From NCBI RefSeq assembly GCF_009914755.1, contig NC_060941.1: DNA of 64,000 nucleotides; one strand, 5' to 3'. The stretch's first letter is position 1. The number at the start of each line of letters is the position of its first letter. The stretch comes from the human T2T-CHM13v2.0 reference genome, Homo sapiens. Both the position numbers and the translations under genes were made by a program. Shown one piece after another: positions 28,192 through 41,203 of this stretch. Under the pieces are notes generated by a model that saw only the letters and a list, made by a program, of their open reading frames with translations, made no database searches and was not told the DNA's origin.

Positions 28192-29135
28192 TGTCTAAAA
28201 AGCACACCTTCAGGAAAGGACTCAAGTATAAGTAGTTTTTGTGGGAGGTGAACCTGTGAGGCACACGTGGACAGTGGGGAGGTGAGACAGGAAGGGAGAA
28301 AAGCCAATACAGTTTAGGTGAATGAATGGGTTATCACTATGGACAACTGGGGCTCCATCATCCTAGAGACTTTCTAAAAGGCCACACAGAGCATATCTCA
28401 GGAGTGTTCCACTGTGGGCAAAAAAGCTGGGTCTTTATTTACCAGCTTCTTTTTTTTTGAATAGCAAATAGTTTATTGGTAAGTACATGATTTCAACGGG
28501 AGTAATAAATTCACATGAAAAGGAGACAATAATTAAGTCAAAAGAATAAATACTTACTAATCGTCAGAAAATCTGTGGCCATTAGGGCTGGCACGTAAAA
28601 ATCCAAAATCACTCAGAGGCCAAATCTTAAAGAAGATTCGTCCTCTTATTAGTCCATACGGAATAGGTCCATAGTACCTGGAATCCATAGAATTCTGTAG
28701 ATTATCACCTTCTAACCAAACATGACCCATTGGCACCGCAGGTCTGTTCTAGAATTCATTCAGTTTTTAGGGAAGTCACAGGGCTTCCAGAAAAAAAAAA
28801 ATTAAAGCATGTCTTAAAGCATAGGTGGGTGATCCATTATTTCAGGAATCCTCGGGCCCTAAAGAACCCTGAAGACCCTCAGCCAGGACACAGGTGGGCC
28901 TTTCTCACCTGGGCCCCACCGTATATTTACCAGCTTCTGTGCTTCCTTATTGCCTGGGGCAATAACTTACCTGGCCGGTCCTCCTGCAGGCTGAGCTCAC
29001 ACCTGTAGCCAGAGCCACAGGCAGGAAGCGGTGCAGACAGTTGAGGCAGAAAACCATGAATGTGTGTGGCAACTGCCCCCTGATGCTGCAGGTGACCTTC
29101 AGGGTGGGCTGAAGGATGTGTGCATGGCACTGACA
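28192..29135 (-). mobile_element. ERVL 5' LTR (LTR16/LTR33 group) interrupted by a retrocopy
   Basis: Minus strand begins tgtcagtgccatgcacacatcc and ends ...ttttagaca. Confidence 0.65.
28451..28923 (-). pseudogene. Processed pseudogene (retrocopy) of IMMP1L, mitochondrial inner membrane peptidase subunit 1
   Basis: Minus strand 28736-28557 translates [59 protein letters not shown], matching the recalled IMMP1L C-terminus. No introns; AATAAA at 28472-28477; poly(A) 28451-28458; perfect 15-bp TSD tatttaccagcttct (28436-28450, 28924-28938). The specific IMMP1LP number cannot be assigned from sequence alone. Confidence 0.95.
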
Positions 29136-29638
29136 TTTTGAAAGTTAGGCATGGGAGCTTGGCCCTGATGTGCTAAAGAGCAGAGATTCACTAAATATTT
29201 TTGCACACTTTAGTATCTTGAAAGTAGTGTTTCTAAGCACATGCCTGGCAGTATAATGGAAGTTACTTTAGAGTAGGTAGAGACCTGAGGCAGTGATAAT
29301 GGTCCAAGTATAAAGGCCAGAGAGGCTGCAATAAGGCACTGGTCATTACAATGCAGAGGAAGAACAAATACAGAACATCATTTACACTTTTTCTTTCACT
29401 ACTATATACTATTCCATACTAAGAATGTACTGTACTACGATGAATCTCACAAATACAGCATAGAGCATCAAAAAGGACAAGGTGCAGGAGAAAATATATG
29501 GTATAATGCCATATAAAGGTAAAAGCGTGCCACTTACATATAGTTTAGAGACACGCATTGTGTGATGTGGGTAGCAAAAGTATAAAGAAACTTATTAGAA
29601 TAATAAATTCCAAATTCAGGACAATAATTAGCTTCTAA

Positions 29639-30115
<477 letters not shown>

Positions 30116-30234
30116 TAAATGAACTCAAGATATGTTTTAAAACATGTTAAAGCATAGAACTTGATGACTCAGGGTATAAATAGAAGAATGAGAACTAGCT
30201 AAGTTGATTCCACAGGTTCTTTTTTAGAGGGATT

Positions 30235-30480
30235 TTTTGTTTTGTTTTTTACTTTTAACTGTATTCGACAAATCATAGTTGCATATACTTATGGGGCACA
30301 AACTGGTGTTATGATTTTTTCAATATAAAGTGGAATGAGGAAACTAAGTGAATTAACATATTTATCCACTCAAATACTTCACCTACTTTGTAATGAGAGC
30401 ACTAGAAATTTCCTCTCTTGAGATGCATAATAGTCAATTATCAGCTATATTAAACATGATGTTCTATTGATTAAAAAAAA
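30235..30480 (-). mobile_element. L1MA-type 3' end fragment
   Basis: catatacttatggggcacaa...aattaacatatttatcc. Confidence 0.6.
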
Positions 30481-31056
30481 CTCAACTTAGGGTTTTTACA
30501 ATATGATTTAAAAATTATTTTTTTCACACACATGTATACACATATATTGACATAAGACAACAGTAAGGAAATAATTCTCATGTGTTATATCTTTCTTGCT
30601 GTCTATACTGAAGCCCCAATAATAATATTTTCATTAACTAGTGAGTTGTAATTTCCATTTGCAAAGGATTATAGAAGGCAAAAATCACAGAATTTAGAGA
30701 AATAAATGATTAAAGTAATTTTTACAAAAATGTCTCCAAAAATAGCACTATTAAGATGAATTTTCCTCAAACGAGCCAGTCACAGAGCTGCAGCTAAACA
30801 TTGTGAACAGGTTTTTATCATCAGCAGCTCCAAGGGGGAGCTGTGAACCTTCTTTCTTGTACCAGTTTTCGAGGAATAACAGCATAATCTGCCTCTGTTC
30901 TTGCACAGTAGGGCTAAAAATGACTACTTATACAATAGTGCATGATGAATGACACCACCAATGAATGACAACTACAAAAGAAACAGTATCAGTGTATTTT
31001 CCGCTAGTTGTGGTTTCTTTTAACCACTGCCTGTCTCTGCTCTCACTGACTGTTAG

Positions 31057-31064
31057 TGACGTCA
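31057..31064. promoter_or_regulatory. Palindromic CRE motif TGACGTCA
   Basis: Exact motif in apparently non-repetitive DNA; function unproven. Confidence 0.35.
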
Positions 31065-34000
31065 AAGTAAAATGCCCATGCTAAGGGAAAAATGGAAAAT
31101 AACTCTGAGAACATACTGAGTTTCTTCACTTGCAATTAAATCCTTCAACGTAATGATGTACCAAGGCGTACCAAGAAAGACAAATAACTCAAATCATTTT
31201 AAGAGCACCAGTGTTTTCTCTGAGTATTTGTGAGGTAATGCTGAAGACAGCAATGCAATTCCACAAGAAGAAAGTCCTGACTATGAAATTTTTATAAAAT
31301 GAAAGTCAAACCTGTTTTTCCCTCCGAAAATTTATGTACTAAAATTTATGCAACACCATTTGTCGTTTCGTTGGACTTTGAATTTTGCTGTAATTTTTAT
31401 GGGAAGAGGGACTGCATTTAGTAAAACCTAAAAACTTAAATAAAACTGCTTTTTTTCTGCAGCCAAATAAAATAAAAACTTAGGAGATTTGCTGAGAAGA
31501 CATGTCTGGGGTTTCTGGTTAGTTTGTCACAAGACAAGTCAGAAAGACTTGTCAGAATCAAGGTACAACCAGAAAATCCAAGTCCTCTTATTCCTCTCCC
31601 TTAGTTTTAACTTTGCTTTGCTCTTAGAGAATGGGAAAATAATAACACTAATCTGGATATGGTGTTTTTGATGACACTGGAGAAATGAAATCTCTTTGTT
31701 ATAAACTTTTTGTAGTCAAAAAGAGGGTTTCCTGAGTTTTCCACTGTACCGGGAGTCATCAACCTTTCATAAAGGGAGTCTTGAGTTCATGATTTTTGTC
31801 TTGCATGACAGGCATTGGGAGAAGGCTGTAGTTGGGGCTATTCTTTCTTCATGTGTAATTACCCCTAAAAAGATTACGTCTATTAGTCATTGAGACCTTA
31901 CTGTGAGTTAATTTAATTGGATCATTAAATTGCTTTTATCTTTACAAATGGCAAGGATCAGAACACGTATTGATCCTTAAATCAACAAATATTATAGTGA
32001 ACAATTTGGGCTGAGGCATTTTACCAGGACTTAGGCAATTTTTTGGCGGGGAGGAGGGTGGGGAAGGGGCATGGAAAAGGGAGGGAAAACATGGGAGAAT
32101 GAAGTATTTTGGGTGTGTACTTTGGACAGCTACAAGATGGCAGAAAGAGTGAGATATTTAGGATTTTGGAAATGCGGGGTGTGACTGAGTTTGTAGGTGT
32201 GCGTGCATTTGGGAGGGGAATACTACCGTCTGGTTCTGGGGCCATGAATACTAAACATCCTACAGTTGCAGTAAGATGACACAAATAATTGTCATGCCCA
32301 CAGGCTAAGTGTGCTTTTGTTGAGAAACTGATCAAATACACAAACTGAACTGGGGAATCTACACTTCTATACTTTGTATTTTGCTCAGAGCCTCGGTGGC
32401 AGTAATAGAGAATCATTGACTAATTCATCTAGTGCCTTAAACCTTGGTATTTTCATAGTTTGTTGTTGCTTGCACTGGAGTCCAAAAATCAATGAGTCAA
32501 CTGAGAGGTGAATCAAAGCAAAGTCAGCAGCAAGGGCAGGTGACTAACTTGTGCAAAATATCATCATTGATGTCCAAAGCAGCAGATCTGTATATTGTAA
32601 AAAAAAAAAAAAAAAAAAAAACCCGTATGATTTTGTAAGCAAGCCATCAATATCTAGTAATCCTCTATCCTACATTTTCTCCTCCACTAACCAGCTCCAT
32701 ACCATTTCCTTTTAAACATCATTGACAAAGAATGTTTTAACTTAAAAAATGTTAGCAATACTGTAGATATCTGAGGATAGTGATAAATCACTGATAGCCT
32801 ATGGATTAGGCATTTTCCCAGTGGAATCAAGACATTAAATTAAACCACACATTGAGTGATAATGCACCTATATGTAGCATTTCTAGTACCTACAGTTAAT
32901 GAAGTGGTTTTAATCATTCATTTCACAATATTAACAGATTGGGACCAGAGCAGCCAGCAGATGTTTTCAATTTTGGGCCCTTTGTTTGCTGTGGAAGATG
33001 CACCTTTGCTGAGCTTGGCTGCTGAATGGACGGCCCTCGCTGAGCTTGTCAGCCTTAACACTGGTTAGTGATTTGTGTTGGGCTATTAAACGCAGAAGAA
33101 AAGCAATGTGGTCTTTTTTTTTCAGGGAAAGAATAGATGGAATGTCCCTGAATAAATACTAGAAGGGCATTATGACTTTTAAAAGTTGGCTCGGGCAAGC
33201 ATCACTTAATAATGCCTGGGAGGCCCCTTGGAGTGGAATAAATCATGGGTAATGATATAATAATTTTTTAAAAAATATAGTGTGGAAAACCAATGTCTAC
33301 TTGCAAATGTCATATCTAGTATCCAGGAAACTAACATCACCACATTTTAAGAAGGGTCTGTGTATCTAAACTAAAAATAATTCTTAATAGCCTTTGCTAA
33401 AAACAAACAGATAATTTGACAAACAGACTGCAAACAAGCATGAAAAGGGAATAGAGCAGTTTTTGCCTTTGATTTTAAGGATCAGTCCTGGTAGAAGGAG
33501 CTGATGCCCAAAATATTCCATGCAATTTCCTAATACTTGATTCAAATCCTTTGACGAAGAAATGTATCAAGGTTTGTATAATTGCTGAAAGAAATTTAAA
33601 AAAAGAAAACACAGCCCCCTCCACTACCAGCAAAACTATCAACCAAACAAAAACACATTGAAAACAGCACAGATGTTTCTAATTGCTTGAGCAAACAGCC
33701 TATGTTGAGATTATTTGGTGAATACCTAAAATGTGGTATGTTCTTGTCCTTTATCTGCTAGGAAGGTCAAAGCTGAATGAGGAACAGTAGCAAAATATTC
33801 AAAGTGTCTCCTGGTGACACAGAAGTGTAAGTTTCTGAGCAACCTTGAGGAATCAAGTAATAGGCGAACACCAGAACATCCAAGCATCAAGCCAAGGAGG
33901 CAGTGGGCTTCTAGGTATCTTTCCTGGTTTCATATCATGTCTTTATTCCGCTGTCTGACAGCAGAGAGCTCAACTGGCGTATATTCTCTCTTATCACAAT

Positions 34001-35044
34001 TTGGATGATTTTCTTTGACTTTAACAATATGTACAAGGAAACTCACATCTTTATACCAACACCAGTTCTTTCATAATATTGGAGTTACCAAATAGATGGG
34101 TGTTGTTTAAAGGTGAAGTCGGAGATCTCATGAAGCTGAGAAGTAAACATAGTGAATCTGTGTCTATACAGCTTCAGATTCTTCCCCTGAGCACAGAGTC
34201 AATGGAAAATATTACAAAAGTGTGAAAACAATTTCCCACGGGAAAGGAGGGCCTAAGCAGTGTCTTAGAAGGTTGCCACAGCTCAAGTTTTTCTCCGTGC
34301 AGCAGGATGAGGGCTAAGCTTATCAACTTCAGCTTTATATTTCTGGGGAATTAATCAAACTGGCAGATTACAATGATCTCTCAAGAGAATTACTGTATGA
34401 ACCCTTTGATAGATGTCCAGTTACTCAGGATTACATGAAGTTTATGAGTTTCTCAGGAAATTAGGTGTGACCCTTATTTTGCCAAAGTTAATTGCCCTTG
34501 CAGTCTTGGTATATTGCAAAACCTATCACCAGTAGGAATTTGATTGAAGTGGCTTGGCCCCAAGCTGTTGCACCAATTGTGATTTGGGGTTAAGAGATTA
34601 AAGTGGCAGAAAGGGTAGGGAGAAAAAAAATTAGAAATTTGATACAGGGCTTTGCAGATTTAATTTTAGCTCTGAGAAGAGAGATGCCAACCACGGGCTC
34701 ATTCTCAGTTTAAACCAGATTAAGAATGATCTCAGATTTCTCCCATCTTTAAGGGTTTAAGATTATATGATAATAATGACTGAGACGAAAAGCAAAAGGT
34801 CAGAGGCAGAAGGCCAAATTGGTGAGGCTGGCCTGGGTTGATGAGCAGAGTGGCCAGGATGGGTTTTAGCAGACCTGACCCTGCCTCCGAAATATCTCCC
34901 CCAGTTCATTAGTCTAGTAATTTGTCCAGGTGTGACTCTGGGTGGCATGGTGTTCTAGCTGCAGCACCCCACTGGGTCCAGTCTCATTGGGCCCATTTTT
35001 GGGTGGCAAAACAGAACCAGAGGAATCATCAATAGAATAATAAG

Positions 35045-35335
35045 GAGTTTGGGTTCTGGAGAGAGAATCACTAGATACAAAATCCAGGTTTACTGTTTGC
35101 TAGAATATTAAGGAAATGACTCAACCTTTCTGTGCCTCAATTTCCTCATCTGTAAACGGGAATTATAAAGCACCATCTCATAGAAATTTTTTAATAAGTA
35201 AATTCATTTTATTTTCTTACTGTTTGCACCACGTGGGAAGCAATTTTATATTTCATTCACTGCGGCATCCCCAGTGCCAGAACACTGCCTAACACAAAGT
35301 AGATGCTTGATATTTGTTAAAGGAGTGGATAAATG
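35045..35335 (+). mobile_element. MIR core followed by an L2 3' end
   Basis: ctgtgcctcaatttcctcatctgtaaa; then ccccagtgccagaacactgcctaacaca. Confidence 0.7.
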
Positions 35336-35716
35336 TAGTGTTCTTTGCAATGCCTGGGACACATTAAACCCTTAGTCAATGTTGGTTGTTTGCGTAATTT
35401 TTCTTTAAAGTGAGGACTTTGTTTGTCTTTCTACTTTCAATACCCAGCACAGTGCTAGAATACAGAAAGAAGATGCTGTGTGAGGGAAAATAATACTCCA
35501 ATCCTCCAAAGATGAAATTAGGGTTAAAACGCTGGAAAAATACCTTTTCTGTGTAACTTAACCTGAGATAGTTTTCCATTTACAATTCTCTCTACCAACT
35601 CTCTTGGAAGAACACAGTGTTTGTTTACAATGATTTACCTCCCTTAAGGAAATTCAGCATAGTAGAAGGTCCACTACGCAAACACCGTTAGGTCACTGTT
35701 CACTTTTGCTTATAGC

Positions 35717-35941
35717 CATGGATGTCCAATCTTTTGGATTCCCTGGGCCACATTGGAAGAAGAAGAATTGTCTTGGGCCACATATAAAATGCACTAACAC
35801 TACCAATAGCTGATGAGCTAAAGAAGCATTGCAAACAAAAACTTCATAACGTTTTAAGAAAGTTTACAAATTTGTGTGAGGCCACATTCAAAGTTGTCTT
35901 GGGCCACATGCTGCCCTCAGGCCACAGGTTGGACAAGCTTG
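35717..35941 (+). mobile_element. MER30 hAT-Charlie DNA transposon
   Basis: tgtccaatcttttgg...gggccacattggaagaagaagaattgtc ... ttggacaagcttg. Confidence 0.85.
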
Positions 35942-37192
35942 GTTTACGCCATTAACATTCAGGGAGATTCAATGCTGTGTTTGGTTAAAAAAAAAAAGTA
36001 TTAATTTAAAAATATTCAGGTCAGCATGATTAAAATAGTCACAAGTTACTTCTATAGCTTTATCTGTTGTATTAGCTCTTTGCAGGCAGCTGCAACTTTG
36101 AACTGGTGAATGCTGTTTCTTAGTACAGTCATTCAGTGATGTGTTTTCAGGATCTGAATCAAAAGAACATTTTTCTGCAATCTACACAAACCTGTTTGGC
36201 ACGTGCTCTTGTTTATGGAAAATCCAAATGTATATTTGTGTTCTTTTGGAAGGGGTGGGAGTTGGAAGGGAGCTCACACAGGAGATTAAGACTTTATCTT
36301 TCCACTCGGCAAGCTGAATTCTTAAAGTCCTATCTGATTTCATAAAGTAAGCAGAAGTTGGAGCTCAGTCTAGACTCTGGCTGACCAGCAGACAAAAGAA
36401 AGGTATACACTCAGCTGAGGGCCAGTAGCAGACTCTACTTGAAGGATGATCTGGAGTGGAAGAAGAAATCGGGCCACGATGAAGATGCCTTTTCCTTCAC
36501 TGAGTAACTACCCTTTGCTGGTCACTTCATACATACTATCTCATTCATTTCTCGTTACTCCAAGAGGTAGCTATGACTATGAAAAGTACACAGATGAAAC
36601 AGGCTCAGAGAGCTATTTGCCTGATATTCCACAGCTGAGAAATGGTAGCATCAGGACCACAATAACATGTAACACATCAAAATATATTTTTTATAATTTT
36701 CACTATGGAAAATCTCATATGCATAGAAGAGTTGAAAGCACATCACAATTAACTTTCCTGAACGCATCGCTGAGTTTCAAAAATTATTAACTCATAAACA
36801 ATTCTATTCATCTCTACCAGCCTTACTCCAGTCCTTCCCCACATAGCAGATGCTATGATGTGTTATAGATAGCATATTTCATTATATATTTCCAAAAGAG
36901 AAATATTTGTTTAATGTATAGTGAAAACATCACTTTATACCTAAATTAAAACAATGATTTTTAAAAAATACCATCTAATATCCAGTTGGTGTCTGAATTT
37001 GTTTGATTATGGGGCTGTGATTTTAACACAGGTCTACACTAAGAGTTTGAGGTACAAGCGTGTGATAAGGTTGGTAGATGTAGTTGACCCCCTCTGAAAA
37101 TCTTGCCACAACAATTTTGTCTTAAATTCTTCAAATAGAAACCTGCCTTTGGGTCCCTTGGGTCCCTCAGAAGCAAGTGCCTCATAGGTTTC

Positions 37193-37551
37193 TGTATTAG
37201 TCAGATTTCTCACTGCCATAAAGAAATACCTGAGACTGGGTAATATATAAAGAAAAGAGGTTTAATTGAGTCACAGTTCCACATGGCTGGGGAGGCCTCA
37301 GGAAACTTACAATCATGGCGGAAGAGGAAGAGGCACATCTTACATGGTGGTGGGTGAGAGAGAGTGAGCAGGGAAAACTGCCTTGTAAAACCATCAGATC
37401 TCGTGCGAACTCACTATCACAAGAACAGATGGGGGAAACCGTGCCCATGATCAAATCATCTCCCACCTGGTCCCTCCCTCAACATGTGGGGATTATGGAG
37501 ATTACAATTCGAGATGAGATTTCGGTGGGGACACAGAGCCAAAGCATAACA
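37193..37551 (-). mobile_element. MSTA MaLR solo LTR
   Basis: TG/CA termini; perfect 5-bp TSD gtttc (37188-37192, 37552-37556). Confidence 0.9.
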
Positions 37552-38317
37552 GTTTCCATTCTGTGTTTAACAAGACAGATGTAACAAGTAAAGGACACTA
37601 GGAAAATATATGATTCAGCTCCTTGCCTCAGTCCCTCCAACAGATAATGGGTTTCTGGTGGAAGAGAAGAAGTGTGGTATGGAGAGGAAGGGTGACAAAT
37701 CATTCCCCAGCTGTAAAAAGGTAGGCATTTTTACTCTAAGCCAGGAAATAATATAACTCATGATCACGTTGTTCTTGTCAACATGAAGTTAAGAAATGAT
37801 TATGTAAAGGAATAAAACATGATCTGTGTTCTAGCTGTTTAGTTGGGTTTTATTGCCATTTCTAATAAAAGATTTCAGCTAAAGCATTAGATCAGTAGCC
37901 TTTGATTTCTAAACTTAGGTAGAAATCCAGTTTTGTTCTTTGATTCTCTTTCCGTGCATTCCTGGAATTCATGAGTTTTGCCCTGAACTTTCTGGAAGCA
38001 AGGGCTGAAGTCCGGACATGACTTTTCAATTAATACAAACCGTAGTCTCTGGTTCTCCTCGATGTTAGCATGTGACATGACTGGAGGCCTTTATTTTGCT
38101 TAGTGCAGTGACCAAGCAAATGAGTGCATGCTCCTGAATATTTAACAAGCGTGACAGCCTGTGTGGCTGGAGTTGCAGCTGGCTATGCTTAGCTTTTTAA
38201 TCTAGGTGCTTTCTCAACTGATAATGCATGTTTTACCCCATTAGACTGGATTTTGTCACGTCACATCAGGAATGTGATTGTGCTTTTGGATTTCAGGCAG
38301 GGAAAAAGAGTTACACA

Positions 38318-38455
38318 CAAGACCAGCTGTATAATTTGCAGGGCCTCGTACTGGCCTTGTGTGCAACTATTCAAACATTAAGAATTTCAAGGAACCATCA
38401 GCAGAGCCCTTTTAAGATTGGAGACTTGTGTAGCACATATATGAAATTGACTCTG
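38318..38455 (+). mobile_element. MER91A-like hAT element
   Basis: tataatttgcagggcc ... attaagaatttcaag...cagcagagc. Confidence 0.6.
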
Positions 38456-41195
38456 ATCACAGAGCACATAGCATCCAGCTGGAAACGAACAGGTTAATCT
38501 TTGTGGTGCTTCTAAAATGGGGGAAAATAACAGAGAGCTGAGAGTTTAACTCAGTTTAGTTGCAGAGTTATAGATGACAAGCAAAGGGTCCAGTGATCCA
38601 AGACGGTCCAGGTGAGAGTAGTGAGAAAATGTCTCAGGTCTCCTGAGATTATTTTGACTAAGTTCATGAGCATGTTCCCCTAATCTATGTAGGTTAGACA
38701 GAGCAAGGTCAGCAGTTACCTGGTGGTAAATTAAAGCCCAGGTAACAAGTAAATACAAAGGCAAGATCAAAGCAAAGGCCCTGAGGGAGAGGACCTGTCT
38801 GAAAAGCAGAGGGAAAGTATATTCTTTTCACCCATCTCTCTCTCCTGCTTCCAGCCCCTTCAGCAGTTTTCCTTAGAGAGAAAAAAATGTTAACAGCCAA
38901 ACAAAAGGCCCGAAGCAGATTTTTTTTTCACAGCCTGTGAGCTGATCTTGAACTTTCCAGGGGTTTGTGCTTCATAGAAAAAACATTTAGGCATTTCCTC
39001 CATGTTTTTGTATCTGGAAAGGGAGGCCTCTCTTTCCAAGTGTTGACTGACATCTTAGAGCTTATTTCTTTCCAGTTAAAGTGGAAAATATCAACTAAGA
39101 TTTCAAAGAAAAGGAAATGTAATGTATTTTCTCATCAAATTTGGCATTATCTATTTGCCAGGCAGGCCTTTAATCTTCAGTGCAGTATTTTTCCATTGTA
39201 TAATTCTGAGTTCGCCTTAAATCTGTCTCTTTCAACTTCGCTTTTCTAAAATACGAATGTGATTTGCCCAACTTATCTTCTTTTCTCATTTGTTTCCTCG
39301 ATACTTTTGATTATCACTTGCTAGGGTTTCTCTAGAGAAGCTCACTATTTTGCCTCTGCAAATATTGAGTGTAACACAGATAAAGCTTCTTTGTTAGTGT
39401 GAATTCATTAATGACCTTGATAAAAAGAACTTTCCATGTCCAGCATGCTGGGAGGACTAAAATGATTTGGGGCCTGTTGATATGAACATATAAATAAGAA
39501 AAGTACAATAATAGGCCTTAAAAGTCTCATTAAGTTTTTAAATGGGAAGGAAAGCCAGTCACTTCTGTTCCAGAATCTGGTAGTACAGAGAGTGCCTCAT
39601 ACTATTCTTCCCTCCAAGAACCTAAAAGCAGACATGGGATTAATCTCTAGAAATTTGTCTGAAAAAATTATGTGCCCATGATGACTTTTGAGCTCATTCT
39701 CTTAATAAATCTTACCTTTCTCTATATCTTCTAAATGTTGCCTTTGTTCACCTCAGATGGGTATCTCCTGGTTTGTCACATCCTTAAGTCTGCTTTTGCT
39801 TCACAAAGTAAGTTTTGATGTATGTCTTTTGCCCATGTCTTTTGATGACTGATTTCAGTTCTGTGTATAAGTTATATTTCCAGTTTTCCTGCACCTTGCT
39901 CAACAGTGACTCCTTCTAAAGACTGTGTACACAGAGTCTAAGACTTCTATCTGGTACTTCTTCCTTCGTCTACCTCTTTTTCCCCCTCTCCATTGTTCCA
40001 ATCTCTCTAAACTTTTAAAAATGCCTTTTGAAGCTGGATAATTCTTCTTAGTCATATCATCCCCTTATACGGTAAAGGTGAACCGCAGAAGAAGAGCAAG
40101 AAGACTTTTGGGAAACTGGTGAAATGAAGGCATTTGAGCAACAACTACTAATCAAACAACCCAATCAGTCCAGACGGGGGAATTTTTAGCTTTTGGTTGC
40201 TGTTGGGCAGAACCCGGCAAGGTCATGGGGGCCTGCAGATGGCAGACTTTCTGGTGAAATGGAAAGACATATAAAGGTGTCATGGCTTCAGGGAGGGAAA
40301 GTGTTGTGGGATAATCCTGCATTTCCACAGTCACTCTGAAAACCCTGGGGTTCCCAGTGGAAAATTACTCTATGCCGATTTTGGAGTGACCTATGTGTGG
40401 AGCAGGGTATAGATGAGCCACCTGGGGATTGAGCGTCAAATAGCTGCATTCAGGAAACCTCACCCATACACCTGTTTTCCATCCCAAGCATGTGGGGACG
40501 ACATGGTAACATTACTGTCTTCTTGGGAAAATATAGTTTGATTTGTAGCATGTTTTCTTAATGTCAGATTAGGAGCCTGGGAATAAATTTTAATTCATAT
40601 GAATTCTCTAGGGTTACATGGATAACAGTGAGTCTTTCTATTCTTAGGTAATTTCATATTTTCTGAAAATGAAAATAGCCCCATAAAAAGGCAGGACTTT
40701 GATTTAAAAAAATCTTTAAAAAAATTTCGTCCACATTCTATACTCCACCACCCCCAACTCTGCTCCTCATTTATGGTATTTTACTTTGGTTTTTGTTGAA
40801 GTTAATCTTGCCATTGTTATCTTTCTGTCAGTCAGAATCCCACGGTGGTAATGCTGTTGATGTATTTTGTTAAACAACAAAAACCTTTTTATACATGACA
40901 CATATTTAAAGAAAAAAAGTCACCTTTAAGAAGGTAAAACAAGTTGACAAATGTTTCTTTAAGTGAAACTAATTGCATGGAATATTTTATGACATTTCCA
41001 TGGAAAATGTTACAGGACATCCCTAGAGGATTTCAGGGGAACTTTTATAGCTATTTCCTGCTCCATCAGCATTTTACAGAATTTTGTGGAAAGCAGGGGT
41101 GGTTGCCGCTGCATCTGGTTAGTCGTGGGCATCAGTTTCTGTTGGTCCGTGGAGGAGCCTAACACACAAACACATTTGTGAAGATTGTCCTGAGA

Positions 41196-41203
41196 TGACG
41201 TCA
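41196..41203. promoter_or_regulatory. Palindromic CRE motif TGACGTCA within a CpG-retaining patch
   Basis: Exact motif; several CpGs between 41100 and 41250. Confidence 0.4.

Noticed and set aside
30945-30977. 16-bp imperfect duplication atgaatgaca(c/a)c
   Set aside because: A common short slippage event with no further structure.
32599-32621. Orphan A23 tract as a possible extremely truncated retro-insertion
   Set aside because: No convincing TSD or element body; slippage expansion is sufficient.
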